DNA of 64,000 nucleotides from Alphaproteobacteria bacterium (GCA_965262615.1 OZ253545.1:512001-576000), one strand, 5' to 3'; positions 51,263 to 61,092 are shown, counted from the stretch's first letter. Notes: generated by a model from the sequence alone, not told the origin. Numbers and translations: made by a program.

Positions 51263-51865
51263 TCAAAAGATGTTTTGCGCCGCCACCATGGCATACAGCA
51301 TGGGAATGGAGAGTGCCGTGTTGGTGCGTGAGGCAACCATCGCAAGGGTGGCGGCCTGTTTTTTTTCACCATCGGATGCTTTCACCAATCCCAAAGCCTT
51401 TTTCTGATTGGGCCAAATCACCAGCCACACATTGAGAAACATAATGATGCCCAGCCACATGCCGATGCCAATATTGACATAGCGCGCCACGACAAATTCA
51501 CTGCCAATCTCAAGGGTGAGGGCACTCAAGAGATAGCCATTGAGGTGAGCCAGCAGCAAGCCTGTCAGCACGGTCGCCGCCGCCGCCCAGCGAAACCAAA
51601 ACAACGCCGCAGGAGCAATCACCTGAGTGATGGCAGGCTTTTGGTCATTCTTGATGCGTCCCATATTGGGAATTTGCACAAAATTGAAATACCACAAAAG
51701 ACCAATCCACATGATGCCAGACAAAACATGCAACCAGCGCATGAAGAATGCCATCCACGTATAGTCAAAAGCAAAGCCCTGATACAGCATCAGCAGCAAT
51801 AAAAGCGTCACGCCCACAAGAAGCGCATTGCGAAGGGAAGAAAGAAGCGAAGCGATAAAAGTCAT
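51263..51865 (-). CDS. PuuD/DUF989-type membrane protein (urate hydroxylase family)
   Basis: RWLHV..G.MWIGLLWYFNFVQ, ALFWFRW.A, NVW.VIWPNQK, SRTN. Confidence 0.85.
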   Translation of the reverse strand: MTFIASLLSSLRNALLVGVTLLLLLMLYQGFAFDYTWMAFFMRWLHVLSGIMWIGLLWYFNFVQIPNMGRIKNDQKPAITQVIAPAALFWFRWAAAATVLTGLLLAHLNGYLLSALTLEIGSEFVVARYVNIGIGMWLGIIMFLNVWLVIWPNQKKALGLVKASDGEKKQAATLAMVASRTNTALSIPMLYAMVAAQNIF

Positions 51866-51927
51866 GAGACCCTCCATTGATGAGGCGATAGAGCTTCCAC
51901 TATACAAAAAAAGCGTTTCTTGTGCAA

Positions 51928-52386
51928 TCATTCATTGGGCACAACGGTGATGGTGAGCACTTCGGACACCATGCCCTGAATGGGATAGTGATCGCGATCC
52001 CCCATCACCAGCCGCAATTTGTAGATGCCGGGGACAAGGTGAATCAGGGCTTCGGTTTGTCCGTTGCCATAGTGGCGATGATAGTCATCCTCAACGATGG
52101 GCTCTCCCAGTGGTGGCGGGTCGGCATTGATGAGCAGATGATGATGACCAGTGCGAGCGTTCCCCGGAGTGGAGACACCAGCAGGCGCAACGCCCCAATT
52201 GGCAAGACCAAAACGCACAATAAACGGACTTTTCACACGAGCATTCTCAAGAGGCGAGATGAAATAAACGCGCGGCGCGGTCACATCCACCATCACCCCA
52301 TGAGACGGCACTGCCGCCATCAACAGACACAAAGCCAGCAGGGCGAGAGACAATTGTTTCCTCATGAAAGGGTTATAGAGGTTCAA
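51928..52386 (-). CDS. DUF4399 exported protein
   Basis: VYFISP..A.V.SP...FGL...GVAPAG...TGHHHLLI...H.G.GQTE. Confidence 0.88.
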   Translation of the reverse strand: MNLYNPFMRKQLSLALLALCLLMAAVPSHGVMVDVTAPRVYFISPLENARVKSPFIVRFGLANWGVAPAGVSTPGNARTGHHHLLINADPPPLGEPIVEDDYHRHYGNGQTEALIHLVPGIYKLRLVMGDRDHYPIQGMVSEVLTITVVPNE

Positions 52387-52426
52387 TTGTCTTGAGGCAA
52401 GGGTATTGGTGTGCTATCGCCATGAC

Positions 52427-53368
52427 ATGAAAAAAGAACAGGTGGATTTGTGTGTCATTGGTTCGGGTCCTGCGGGCTACAGTGCGGCGATTTATGGCGC
52501 GCGCGCAGGGCTCACAACGGTGGTGGCAACGGGGATGAGTCAGGGCGGGCAGCTCACCATCACCACCGATGTGGATAATTATCCGGGGTTTGCCGACACC
52601 ATTCAGGGGCCATGGCTGATGGAACAGATGGTGCAGCAAGTGACACGCATGGGGGTGCGGGTGCATCATGAGACCATTGTGGAGGTTGGGCTGCGATCTC
52701 GTCCTTTTGTTGTGCGGGGTGATGGCGGGCATTGTTATGAGGCTCGGGCGGTGATTATTGCCACGGGCGCACTGGCGCGCTGGTTGGGATTGCCTTCAGA
52801 AGAGATGTTTCAGGGATTTGGCGTGTCGGCGTGTGCCACCTGTGATGGATTTTTGTTCAAGGGAGAAGAACTGGCGGTGGTGGGCGGCGGCAACACCGCG
52901 GTGGAGGAGGCTTTGTATCTCACGAACCATGCCAGTAAGGTGACGCTCATTCATCGGCGCGATGCATTGCGCGCCGATCACACGCTCACGCAGCGATTGA
53001 TGAACCATCCCGCCATTGAGATTTTATGGAATCATGAGGTGGCGGAAGTGCTGGGAGAGACCGAACCCCACAAGAAAGTCACGGGATTGCGTTTGCAAAA
53101 CTGCCTTGACGGCTCTGAAAAGGAACTTGGCGTGGCGGGGCTTTTTGTCGCCATCGGACACGACCCCGCCACCGATTTATTCAAGGGGCAGATTGAACTG
53201 GATGATGACGGTATTATTCGTGTGGCACGCGGTGGCACCGCCACCAGTGTCGGAGGCGTTTTTGCGGCGGGGGATGTGTGTGACCGTCACTATCGTCAGG
53301 CAATCACGGCGGCAGGCATGGGATGCATGGCAGCACTAGACGCCTATCATTTTCTCAGCAGAGCGTGA
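52427..53368 (+). CDS. trxB: Thioredoxin reductase
   Basis: IGSGPAG, GGQL..T..V.NYPGF, GVSACATCDG, GGGNTA.EEA, FAAGD. Confidence 0.98.
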   Translation: MKKEQVDLCVIGSGPAGYSAAIYGARAGLTTVVATGMSQGGQLTITTDVDNYPGFADTIQGPWLMEQMVQQVTRMGVRVHHETIVEVGLRSRPFVVRGDGGHCYEARAVIIATGALARWLGLPSEEMFQGFGVSACATCDGFLFKGEELAVVGGGNTAVEEALYLTNHASKVTLIHRRDALRADHTLTQRLMNHPAIEILWNHEVAEVLGETEPHKKVTGLRLQNCLDGSEKELGVAGLFVAIGHDPATDLFKGQIELDDDGIIRVARGGTATSVGGVFAAGDVCDRHYRQAITAAGMGCMAALDAYHFLSRA

Positions 53369-54000
53369 GATACTTGTTTTTTGAGCAATTCTTCTAACAA
53401 TTGCTCCAGAGGAATGATATTTCCGTCATCGGCTTCTTTTAGTGCTTGCACATATTCGTGCCGAAAATCGCTCTGTAAGAGATTGCCAACGGAATAGCCA
53501 TCTCTTACTGGAAAGTTAGCCCCCGCTTTCATGCTCATCAAAAAATAAGAAAGTGATCTTGCTGTTCTGCCATTGCCGTTCACAAATGGATGAATCCAAT
53601 TGAGCCGCCACAAAGCAAAACTAGCGATTTGGATATGGTCATGAGAATGCCATTTTTTGTTCAACTCCTCTACAAATTTTTCCATAAAAAAGGGGACTTC
53701 ATCGGCTTCAGGTGGAGTATAATTTTCAACCCATACTTGTGTTGTCCTATAATCGCCCGCATTGGGGATGAGAATATTCATGCAAAGTGCATGCAAATAG
53801 CAAACAGTAATTTCATTGATGAATAGTTGTGGTTCTTGCCACGCTTGCCGAGAGACCACCATATCAATCCAGTCGGAGACTCGTGCTAAGTTACCAAGGC
53901 GGATTAAGTGTTGATAAGGTTCTTGTTCGTCCGCGTTTGTCCGTCTGCGAATTGCCTGTTTTGGCAGTAAGTCCTCTTGATGTTCTTTCTTTTTATTCAT
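53347..54000 (-). CDS. Fic/Doc family protein
   Basis: AGDYR, ALWRLNWIHPFVNGNGRTAR, Y..AL.EADDG; same subfamily as 8087..8662. Confidence 0.92.
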   Translation of the reverse strand: MNKKKEHQEDLLPKQAIRRRTNADEQEPYQHLIRLGNLARVSDWIDMVVSRQAWQEPQLFINEITVCYLHALCMNILIPNAGDYRTTQVWVENYTPPEADEVPFFMEKFVEELNKKWHSHDHIQIASFALWRLNWIHPFVNGNGRTARSLSYFLMSMKAGANFPVRDGYSVGNLLQSDFRHEYVQALKEADDGNIIPLEQLLEELLKKQVSHALLRK

Positions 54001-54010
54001 GTGGGATTTT

Positions 54011-54202
54011 TTATTTTTTCCCTTTAATAATTCTGTAGATGACGCGCATATCCTCCACGCTGACATCATCACCCACACTGCGCGCCATGCCGGTGGCGTG
54101 AGCAACAATACGCTCTTCGCGGTCTTTTTCCGTTGTCGGTATGCTTTTGACATACTTCACAAGCTCTTCTCGGGTCATATCTTTAATTTTCTTGTTCATC
54201 AT
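54011..54202 (-). CDS. Small protein upstream of Fic, putative antitoxin
   Basis: 63 aa, AAGGAG RBS; weak similarity to 7496/7867 proteins around the GD motif. Confidence 0.65.
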   Translation of the reverse strand: MMNKKIKDMTREELVKYVKSIPTTEKDREERIVAHATGMARSVGDDVSVEDMRVIYRIIKGKK

Positions 54203-54281
54203 GGGGTCTCCTTGTTCGTGGCTTTGTAATTCTATGTTACAGCGAAAATCAAGCCGTTACAAGACGGAATTTCATGTGTTT

Positions 54282-55211
54282 TTATGAGAATGCAAGGGTG
54301 ACTTTCCGCACTTCCTCGCAAATCGCGTCATGGGCGGGGGTGGCGATGCCGTGTTGATGTCCGAGCTGCACCACCCGTTGCGATAGCCATTGCAATTCCA
54401 GTGGTCGTCCCAGACGGGCATCACGCGCCATAGAGGAATCATAATCGGCAGGAAACGATGCGAAGCGTTTTTGCCATTCATCGGCTGATGATGCCACCGA
54501 TGAGATTCCCATCGCATTCGCAATGGCGGCGGTTTCGTGCATGGCGGCGCAAAACAATTGCCACAAGTCGTCATCATCACGAATCGCGCCGATGGGCTTT
54601 TGTGCCATTGTGGTGACGCCACTGAACGCCGTAAGGAAAATGAACTTGTCCCAAAGCATGGTGGTCATATCATCATGCTGGCGGATGGGCAGGTCATCAT
54701 TGTGCCATGTGCGCTGGATGATGGCGGCTTGGGATGCGCGAGGCGCAGGTGCTTGATAAAAAAAGCGCGCCAGCGTGCCCTTCCTATAAATGACACCGGG
54801 CTCTTCAACATAAGAGACAATATGCACCGTGCCCCATCCCACACAGTCATGATGTTTGGACGGCAGCGCGCTCACCACCATATCATGAGCATCAATGCCA
54901 TTTTGCAAGGGGATGATGAGACTGCCCTCGTGCAGACAGCTCGGCAGGGCGGCACTCACTTCAGCGAGGTCGCCCAGTTTGGTGGTGAGCAGAACAACAT
55001 CGGCAGTGGTCACCTCGTTGGGTGAGCTCACCACCGTGACGGCATGATGGTGCACGGGCGGTGCGTCATCCCCCCGCAGAGTCAAGCCGTTGTGGCGCAA
55101 GGCATCGCCATGGCTTCCACGCGCCACCAGAGTCACGGTGTAGCCCTTGTGGACAAAAAGACCGCCAAACCAGCCGCCAACGCCCCCCGCGCCAACAATG
55201 ACAATGTGCAT
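54282..55211 (-). CDS. panE: 2-dehydropantoate 2-reductase
   Basis: GAGGVGG, ARG.H, LQNG, W.KF, SSM.RD...GRPLE. Confidence 0.9.
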   Translation of the reverse strand: MHIVIVGAGGVGGWFGGLFVHKGYTVTLVARGSHGDALRHNGLTLRGDDAPPVHHHAVTVVSSPNEVTTADVVLLTTKLGDLAEVSAALPSCLHEGSLIIPLQNGIDAHDMVVSALPSKHHDCVGWGTVHIVSYVEEPGVIYRKGTLARFFYQAPAPRASQAAIIQRTWHNDDLPIRQHDDMTTMLWDKFIFLTAFSGVTTMAQKPIGAIRDDDDLWQLFCAAMHETAAIANAMGISSVASSADEWQKRFASFPADYDSSMARDARLGRPLELQWLSQRVVQLGHQHGIATPAHDAICEEVRKVTLAFS

Positions 55212-55212
55212 G

Positions 55213-55773
55213 TCAGGTTTTATGACTGCCCGCAATCAATTGACGCACCGCCTGTGGATAGAGGTGATGTTCTTTTGCTAACACGCGCGCCGCCAGAGAA
55301 TCGGGAGTGTCATGTTTGTGGACAGTGACGGTTTCTTGGGCAATGGTTGCGCCACCATCCAGTTTGGATGTCACATGATGCACCGTGCAGCCGCTTGTGT
55401 CGTCACCACTGGCAAGCACTCGCTCATGGACACGAAGTCCCTTATGGCGTGGCAGCAAGGAAGGATGAATGTTCACGATGGGCTTGTTCCATTGGTGCAA
55501 AAAATAACCGCTGAGAATCGTCATGAAGCCCGCAAGACAGATGATGTCAATGGCGTGTTCATGAAGACACGCAAGAAGTGCGTCATCATCACTGATGATG
55601 TGGGTAGGAATGTGATGGTCGCGCGCCAGTGCAAGCCCAGAGGCATCCCGTTTGTCACTCACCAAAAGAGATACTTTTGCGGGATAGTCATCATCGTGTG
55701 TCGCGGCAACAAGCGCACGAGCATTGCTTCCTCTGCCCGATATGAAAATAGCGAGATTTTTTTTAGCCATCAT
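55213..55773 (-). CDS. purN: Phosphoribosylglycinamide formyltransferase
   Basis: ISGRGSN, LAGFM.IL, NIHPSLLP, GCTVH.V...LD.G. Confidence 0.96.
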   Translation of the reverse strand: MMAKKNLAIFISGRGSNARALVAATHDDDYPAKVSLLVSDKRDASGLALARDHHIPTHIISDDDALLACLHEHAIDIICLAGFMTILSGYFLHQWNKPIVNIHPSLLPRHKGLRVHERVLASGDDTSGCTVHHVTSKLDGGATIAQETVTVHKHDTPDSLAARVLAKEHHLYPQAVRQLIAGSHKT

Positions 55774-56839
55774 GGACGACATCCCCCACCACAAACGCGC
55801 CCTCATTGCGCCACAGCTTCAGCAATTCATCGGGATGCTCAGTGACCGCCACCATGCCCACACCGCCATTGAAGGTGGCAAAAAGGGTGTCATCATCCAT
55901 CGCTCCCAGCTGTTGCAGCCATGTGAAAACCGGCTGACGCTCAAAAGAATTCCAATCGGGGCGCGCCACAAGATGCGGCGGCAGGCTGCGTTTGATGTTG
56001 CCAAAAAATCCGCCCCCCGTGATATGAGCCAAAGACTTCACGAGTTCATGCTTCACAGCTTCGCAGGTGGCGTTGGCATACAGCCGCGTCGGCGTGAGCA
56101 AAATATGCCGCAGGCTGAATGTGTCATCAAAGGGAGCGGGGGCATCCAAATCAATGGCATTTCTTGTGATGAGATGACGAATCAAGGAGAAGCCATTGGC
56201 ATGGCATCCGGACGAGGGCAGTGCCACAAGTGTATCACCCTCACGAACAGACGACAGATTGAAGAAATTCTCTCGTGTTGCGCGCTCCATCGCCCCCACG
56301 GCAAAGCCGGCAATATCAAAGCGTCCCTGAGGATAAAATCCCGGCATTTCCGCCGTCTCACCACCAATGAGCGTTGTTTTCACCCGTTTACAGGCATCAC
56401 TGATGCCGCGGATGAGGTGAGTGATGGCATCCTTATCCAGTCGCTCACAGGCGATGTAGTCTAAAAAAAACAACGGCTCGCCGCCCGATGCGGCAATATC
56501 ATTGACACACATCGCCACTAAGTCTTGACCCAAATCACGCAAAGCTTGAGCGCGCTCGTTTTGAGGTGCGTCTTCGGCAAGCATCAATTTCGTGCCCACG
56601 CCATCCGCCGCCGCCAGCAACAGAGGGTCTGTGTAGCCACATTTTTTGAGATCAAAAAGAGCAGCAAAGTCGCCCGTTCCAATTACATTGTCGTCTGCAC
56701 CATCACGCTTCGTCTTGGCTGCTTGCGGAGCAATGACCGTTGCGATCAAAGAATCCGCCTCTTGCACATGGACACCCGCCTCACCATAAGAATCATAAGG
56801 GTGAGAAGAAATTGGTTCTCTGTCGTCAAAAGCATTCAT
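55763..56839 (-). CDS. purM: Phosphoribosylaminoimidazole synthetase
   Basis: DGVGTK, DLVAMCVND, GGETAEMPG, HITGGG, TFN.G.GM. Confidence 0.96.
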   Translation of the reverse strand: MNAFDDREPISSHPYDSYGEAGVHVQEADSLIATVIAPQAAKTKRDGADDNVIGTGDFAALFDLKKCGYTDPLLLAAADGVGTKLMLAEDAPQNERAQALRDLGQDLVAMCVNDIAASGGEPLFFLDYIACERLDKDAITHLIRGISDACKRVKTTLIGGETAEMPGFYPQGRFDIAGFAVGAMERATRENFFNLSSVREGDTLVALPSSGCHANGFSLIRHLITRNAIDLDAPAPFDDTFSLRHILLTPTRLYANATCEAVKHELVKSLAHITGGGFFGNIKRSLPPHLVARPDWNSFERQPVFTWLQQLGAMDDDTLFATFNGGVGMVAVTEHPDELLKLWRNEGAFVVGDVVHDG

Positions 56840-56969
56840 GGTGACACTCACACGAAAGATAGAGCAATTGATGGCTCTTGTCAAAAAAATCACCGACAAT
56901 TCATCACAGGTTGTCAAATGAAGACTAGATTGACAATAAAGGCATGACTGACGATAACCAATACCAATT

Positions 56970-58340
56970 ATGACTGCGCGCTTTTTACTTTCAATTCGCC
57001 ATGTGTTTTTTTTGTTGATGCTCAGCGCGCTAATTCTGCCGTCATCGGGCTTGAGTTTTCAGGGACAAGAATTATTCACGGTGCGGGATCTCACCATTGA
57101 AAAACGCATTGGCGAGAAAGAGGAGGCGGCAAGCGTCAAACGGGCGCGCGTTTTGGCACTGCAAGAGGGACGCATTCGCGCCTATCGGCGATTGCTGGAG
57201 ACGCTCATTCCCGATGAAGAGGTGGATTCTCTGCTGATTTTGAACGGTGAGGACATTCAAATTTTATTGCGCGATGTGGAGATTAAACAAGAGGTTGCCA
57301 CGAAGGATTTTTATCGGGTGACCACTCATTGGCATTTTGAGCCCGAGCTGGTGGTGTCATTGCTCAAACAGAGTGACAAGCCTTATTTGAGTCGTGCGCC
57401 GTTTCATATGCTGCTTGTTCCCTTGCTGCGCGGCGGCGTGGATGTGATGGGACACACTTTGTGGAGCGAGGCATGGCGCAATCTCACACAAAAAAGAGGC
57501 ATTATTTCCTATGAGCTCTATGATGACAACCGCGCCCGTCTGCCCATCAGTTGGGATGAGCTGTTGGCGAGCGAATTGCCTCATTACAAGGGGGGCATTT
57601 TTGTGCCACTGGCGGAATTGTTTCTTGATGCAGACGGCGACACCGATGCCGCCGTTGTGAAAAGTTTGGTGATCAAACCCGATGGCAGCAGGGATTATAT
57701 TTTATCCGACAGTGTTCTCAATGTGTTGCGTCATGAGGGTGAGAGCGAGCAAGATTTTTATGAACGCAGTGCGGCGGTGCTCTATAAGCACATGGCAAAT
57801 CGTTGGAAGCGGGCGTATCGCATTGACCATGAGTCGCGCATCATTCCCGTCACGGCATCAGTGCGCTATGACGGACTCAAGGAGTGGCTGGCGTTGCGCA
57901 AGAATTTATCCCTCATTCCTGTGTTGGATGATTTTCAGGTGGAGAATGTCACCGCCAGCGGCGCGGTTGTCACATTCAATGTGGTGACGGCGTTGGATGA
58001 TTTGCGTTTGCACTTGCGAGGCTTGGGTCTGTCTTTGGGGCGCACCAATGACGGGTGGGTGATTGACCATGGCACACAGGAGCAAAAAAAGCGCACCGCT
58101 CAGTCGTATTCTTTTGAAAGCGAATTTTTGAATGAGGATGAGGCGGAGCGTCTGTATGAGGCGGCGCGTCAATTTCAGAATGAGGAGATTCCTCTGGCGA
58201 CAAAAGAGGATGCCGATGCCCAGCAACAACAAGCCGATGATGACCTCTGGTCGCGCCTGTTCAGCAGTGGTGTCAAGGAAGATGATTTCAAAAACGCGCC
58301 CAAGCCCGACCGTCTGCCGCCGTTCTTTTGGGATTTATGA
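56970..58340 (+). CDS. Exported DUF2066-like protein
   Basis: Signal peptide; AR..A...G...A...L N-terminal pattern; usual divergent neighbour of purM. Confidence 0.6.
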   Translation: MTARFLLSIRHVFFLLMLSALILPSSGLSFQGQELFTVRDLTIEKRIGEKEEAASVKRARVLALQEGRIRAYRRLLETLIPDEEVDSLLILNGEDIQILLRDVEIKQEVATKDFYRVTTHWHFEPELVVSLLKQSDKPYLSRAPFHMLLVPLLRGGVDVMGHTLWSEAWRNLTQKRGIISYELYDDNRARLPISWDELLASELPHYKGGIFVPLAELFLDADGDTDAAVVKSLVIKPDGSRDYILSDSVLNVLRHEGESEQDFYERSAAVLYKHMANRWKRAYRIDHESRIIPVTASVRYDGLKEWLALRKNLSLIPVLDDFQVENVTASGAVVTFNVVTALDDLRLHLRGLGLSLGRTNDGWVIDHGTQEQKKRTAQSYSFESEFLNEDEAERLYEAARQFQNEEIPLATKEDADAQQQQADDDLWSRLFSSGVKEDDFKNAPKPDRLPPFFWDL

Positions 58341-58573
58341 GCGCGCCATTGGAGCTTGATTTGCGCGCTGAGCGATGCCCTCTGACTTTTGTGCGGGTGC
58401 GCCTGTTGCTGGAATCCATGCCCCTCAATGCCGCCGCCACCCTGTTGCTGGCAACCGATGATGGCGACAGCATTCGCGAATCATTGGTGCGGGAAGGTCA
58501 CGCCATTGACATAGAGGAGAAAAAAGACGGGCATATCCGCCTTGTGTTTTGCAAAAAGGTGGATGAAGGGTGA
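58337..58573 (+). CDS. TusA/SirA-family sulfur carrier
   Basis: LDLR.E.CP.TFVR..L.LE; ATGA overlap with the upstream gene. Confidence 0.85.
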   Translation: MSAPLELDLRAERCPLTFVRVRLLLESMPLNAAATLLLATDDGDSIRESLVREGHAIDIEEKKDGHIRLVFCKKVDEG

Positions 58574-58658
58574 TGACACAAAATCTTGTTTTTTCTTGTT
58601 TTTGAGCGTATGGTGACGGTGCAAAAGTTGTCACAGTCTGATTTATGCGTAAGCATAA

Positions 58659-58760
58659 GTCGGGCTTCTTATTGAATACAAGACCCGACCCCGAATGCTT
58701 GCGTTCGGTGGGGGGAATAGATAGGAGTCAGCCACTGTGATGACTTTTGCAAAGCCCGAC
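58659..58760 (+). ncRNA. C4-antisense-like structured RNA, copy B
   Basis: Closing stem GTCGGGCTT/AAGCCCGAC; TGAATACAAGAC...GGAATAG arm; CTGTGA and TTTGC segments complementary to upstream and downstream TCACAG and GCAAA. Confidence 0.75.
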
Positions 58761-58802
58761 ATATGTTGGGTGTTTCGCAAAACTAAAGTCACAGGAGTTG
58801 TC

Positions 58803-58856
58803 ATGACACCTATCGCGTTTCAAAACACCACGCCATCACGACCCTCTCTTTCCTAA
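58803..58856 (+). pseudogene. 17-aa stub resembling a Bro-N/antirepressor N-terminus
   Basis: MTPIAFQNTTPSRPSLS* after AGGAG RBS, in the position of the regulated gene of c4-type modules. Confidence 0.45.
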
Positions 58857-58865
58857 AGTGAATGA

Positions 58866-58979
58866 GTCGGGTTGCCTGCTGAATACAAGACCTAATAGCG
58901 AAATAGGGAAATAGGCAGGTGTTTCATCGCCTCGTTGCGAACGCCACTCGGTGAGGTTGAAATCTGGCGGCGACCCGAC
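58866..58979 (+). ncRNA. C4-antisense-like structured RNA, copy C
   Basis: Closing stem GTCGGGTTGC/GCGACCCGAC; first arm nearly identical to copy A; different second hairpin. Confidence 0.7.
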
Positions 58980-59100
58980 ATATCAAAAAATTGGAGGAAG
59001 TGTCAATGGCACAAAACCCTTGACTTCTGCACTCAATTGGACATATCTTCTTGGTATCGTGGTAAGTTTCCTGCTACGAAGTCACAAATTGGAGAGGGAC

Positions 59101-59487
59101 ATGACCGTTTCGGTTTCACAACAAACGAAGCAATCGCCACAAAATCATAAGATCAACCTGAATGCTTTGTGCATTGAGGAATGGGAGGATTCGTGGGCAG
59201 CCGTTGGGATAAAGCATTACATTGTTGCTCAAGGCGACAGTGCTGGTGAAGCTGTGAGCAATCTTGCGAAAATCTTAATAGCTCAGTATGCCTATGATTA
59301 TTTGAAAGGGAGGAAGCCCCTTGCTGACTTTTCTGAAGCCCCCAGTGACTATCAAAAAAGATTTGAAAATGCTTCTGAGGAATTCAAGCCCCCCATTCCA
59401 AAGGTGACCGTGAACGGAAGCTTGCAAGCATTGTCTGGAGATTTGGGTTTTAGTGTGTGCGATTGCAAAATTGAACGCAAAAGATAA
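59101..59487 (+). CDS. HicB-like protein
   Basis: W.A...IVAQGDS..EA..NL pattern; GGAGAGGG RBS. Confidence 0.6.
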   Translation: MTVSVSQQTKQSPQNHKINLNALCIEEWEDSWAAVGIKHYIVAQGDSAGEAVSNLAKILIAQYAYDYLKGRKPLADFSEAPSDYQKRFENASEEFKPPIPKVTVNGSLQALSGDLGFSVCDCKIERKR

Positions 59488-59618
59488 AGAGCATTCAGTG
59501 AGTTGAGCTCACAAGCATTGCACTCGCGGCAGTGCCTCCTCGTTTGCTACAATCTTTTTTCCATTGTGCCGAAGCCTTCCGTATGGGTTTTTCGTCAAGA
59601 TTTTGAACATAGTAAGGG

Positions 59619-59948
59619 ATGAGGGTTATGGTGGTGGAAAACGATAGAAGTTGGTTAAGGTGGTTTACGATGCGCTCGTTCGTTGCTATAGCGATGGTAA
59701 GGGGGTATTGCGAGGAAATTTCAGACACAACAAAAATGGGTTGTAATATTGAGATTGATGGAGCACCTTCTAAGACAGATTTATTGAAGGGGAAAAAGAC
59801 AGGTAATACTCTCTTCGTGCCAGATAGCGAGTTAGATAAGAAATTAGATAAGGAAAAGATTAGGTGGTTATGTGAGCATTTTGGAATTCCTCAAGGCGAA
59901 TTTGATTATGTCATGGAACACCTTGCTGAGTCGTCCGCGGACAATTGA
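59619..59948 (+). CDS. Hypothetical protein, possibly HicA-like partner
   Basis: ...FVP....L....IR.LC..FGIP C-terminus; start uncertain (59619 or 59670). Confidence 0.45.
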   Translation: MRVMVVENDRSWLRWFTMRSFVAIAMVRGYCEEISDTTKMGCNIEIDGAPSKTDLLKGKKTGNTLFVPDSELDKKLDKEKIRWLCEHFGIPQGEFDYVMEHLAESSADN

Positions 59949-59965
59949 GATGAGGGCAACTGTTT

Positions 59966-61003
59966 TTACGGCGCAGGGTTTGGATTGTCTTTGTGAATTT
60001 CGGCAATGGCATCCATGACTTCTTGTGACAATGTCACCTCACTGCTGGCAATGTTGCTTTTGAGCTGGTCCATTGTGGTTGCGCCAATGATGTTGCTGGT
60101 GACAAACGGCTGCTGATTGATCAATGCCAGTGCCATCTGTGCAGGGTCAATGCCGTGTTTTTGTGCCACATCAAGATAGGCATCGGTTGCCCGCACGGCA
60201 CGAGGCTGAACATACCGCTTAAACTGCTCGCCGAACAATGTCAGACGCGCCCCTTTGGGTTTGTTGCCGCCTTTGTATTTTCCCGTCAAAACGCCAAAAG
60301 CCAACGGTGAATAAGCCAGCAAGCCGCACTGCTCTTTGATTGCCATCTCCGCGAGGCCCACCTCAAAGGTGCGATTGAGCAGGTTGTAGGGATTTTGCAC
60401 CGACTGCACCCGCGGCACATCACGGCTGGCGGCTTCGTTCAAAAAGCGCATCACTCCCCACGGTGTCTCATTGGACAAGCCGATATGACGAATCTTGCCT
60501 TCTTTGCGCAGTGTTTGCAGGGCATCCAGCTGCTCGCCGATGGGAACGGAGCGATCATCGGGGTTGTGGGCGTAATCCAATTGACCAAAAAAATTGGTGC
60601 TGCGGTCGGGCCAATGGAGTTGGTAGAGGTCAATCACATCGGTTTGCAATCGCTTGAGGCTGCCCTCCACCGCCTCACTGATGTTTTTGCCATCAAGACA
60701 GCTGCCGTCACGAATCCAAGGAATGCCCGACCGACCCGTGACCTTGCTGGCAAGAATGACCTTGTCACGACAACCACGCTCCTTGAACCAATTGCCAATC
60801 ATGCGTTCGGTCTCGCCTGAGGTGTCCGCCTTGGGCGGCACGGGATAGAGCTCGGCGGCATCAAAAAAATTGACACCCGCCTCAAGGGCGTAATCCATCT
60901 GAGCAAAGGCTTCCTCTTGCGTGTTCTGCTGACCCCAGGTCATGGTGCCGAGGCAAATCACGCTCACATTGAGACCACTGGTGCCGAGAGGACGATATTC
61001 CAT
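59966..61003 (-). CDS. tas: NADP(H)-dependent aldo-keto reductase
   Basis: CLGTMTWG.QN, D.AE.YPVPP, DLYQLHWPDR, IGLSNETPWG, LLAYSPL.FG.L.GKY. Confidence 0.93.
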   Translation of the reverse strand: MEYRPLGTSGLNVSVICLGTMTWGQQNTQEEAFAQMDYALEAGVNFFDAAELYPVPPKADTSGETERMIGNWFKERGCRDKVILASKVTGRSGIPWIRDGSCLDGKNISEAVEGSLKRLQTDVIDLYQLHWPDRSTNFFGQLDYAHNPDDRSVPIGEQLDALQTLRKEGKIRHIGLSNETPWGVMRFLNEAASRDVPRVQSVQNPYNLLNRTFEVGLAEMAIKEQCGLLAYSPLAFGVLTGKYKGGNKPKGARLTLFGEQFKRYVQPRAVRATDAYLDVAQKHGIDPAQMALALINQQPFVTSNIIGATTMDQLKSNIASSEVTLSQEVMDAIAEIHKDNPNPAP

Positions 61004-61092
61004 ATCATCCTTATAGAGTTTTTTCACAGGTGCTTGCAAGTGGCTTTTTTTTTGTTATATTAAGTGTGTTGTTCAACCTCAAAAGGAGTTTA

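Noticed and set aside
53340-54300. Flanking direct repeats around the second Fic module (also checked around AIPR and the HicB-like region)
   Set aside because: Only short, weak similarities; these inserts do not support the duplication pattern.
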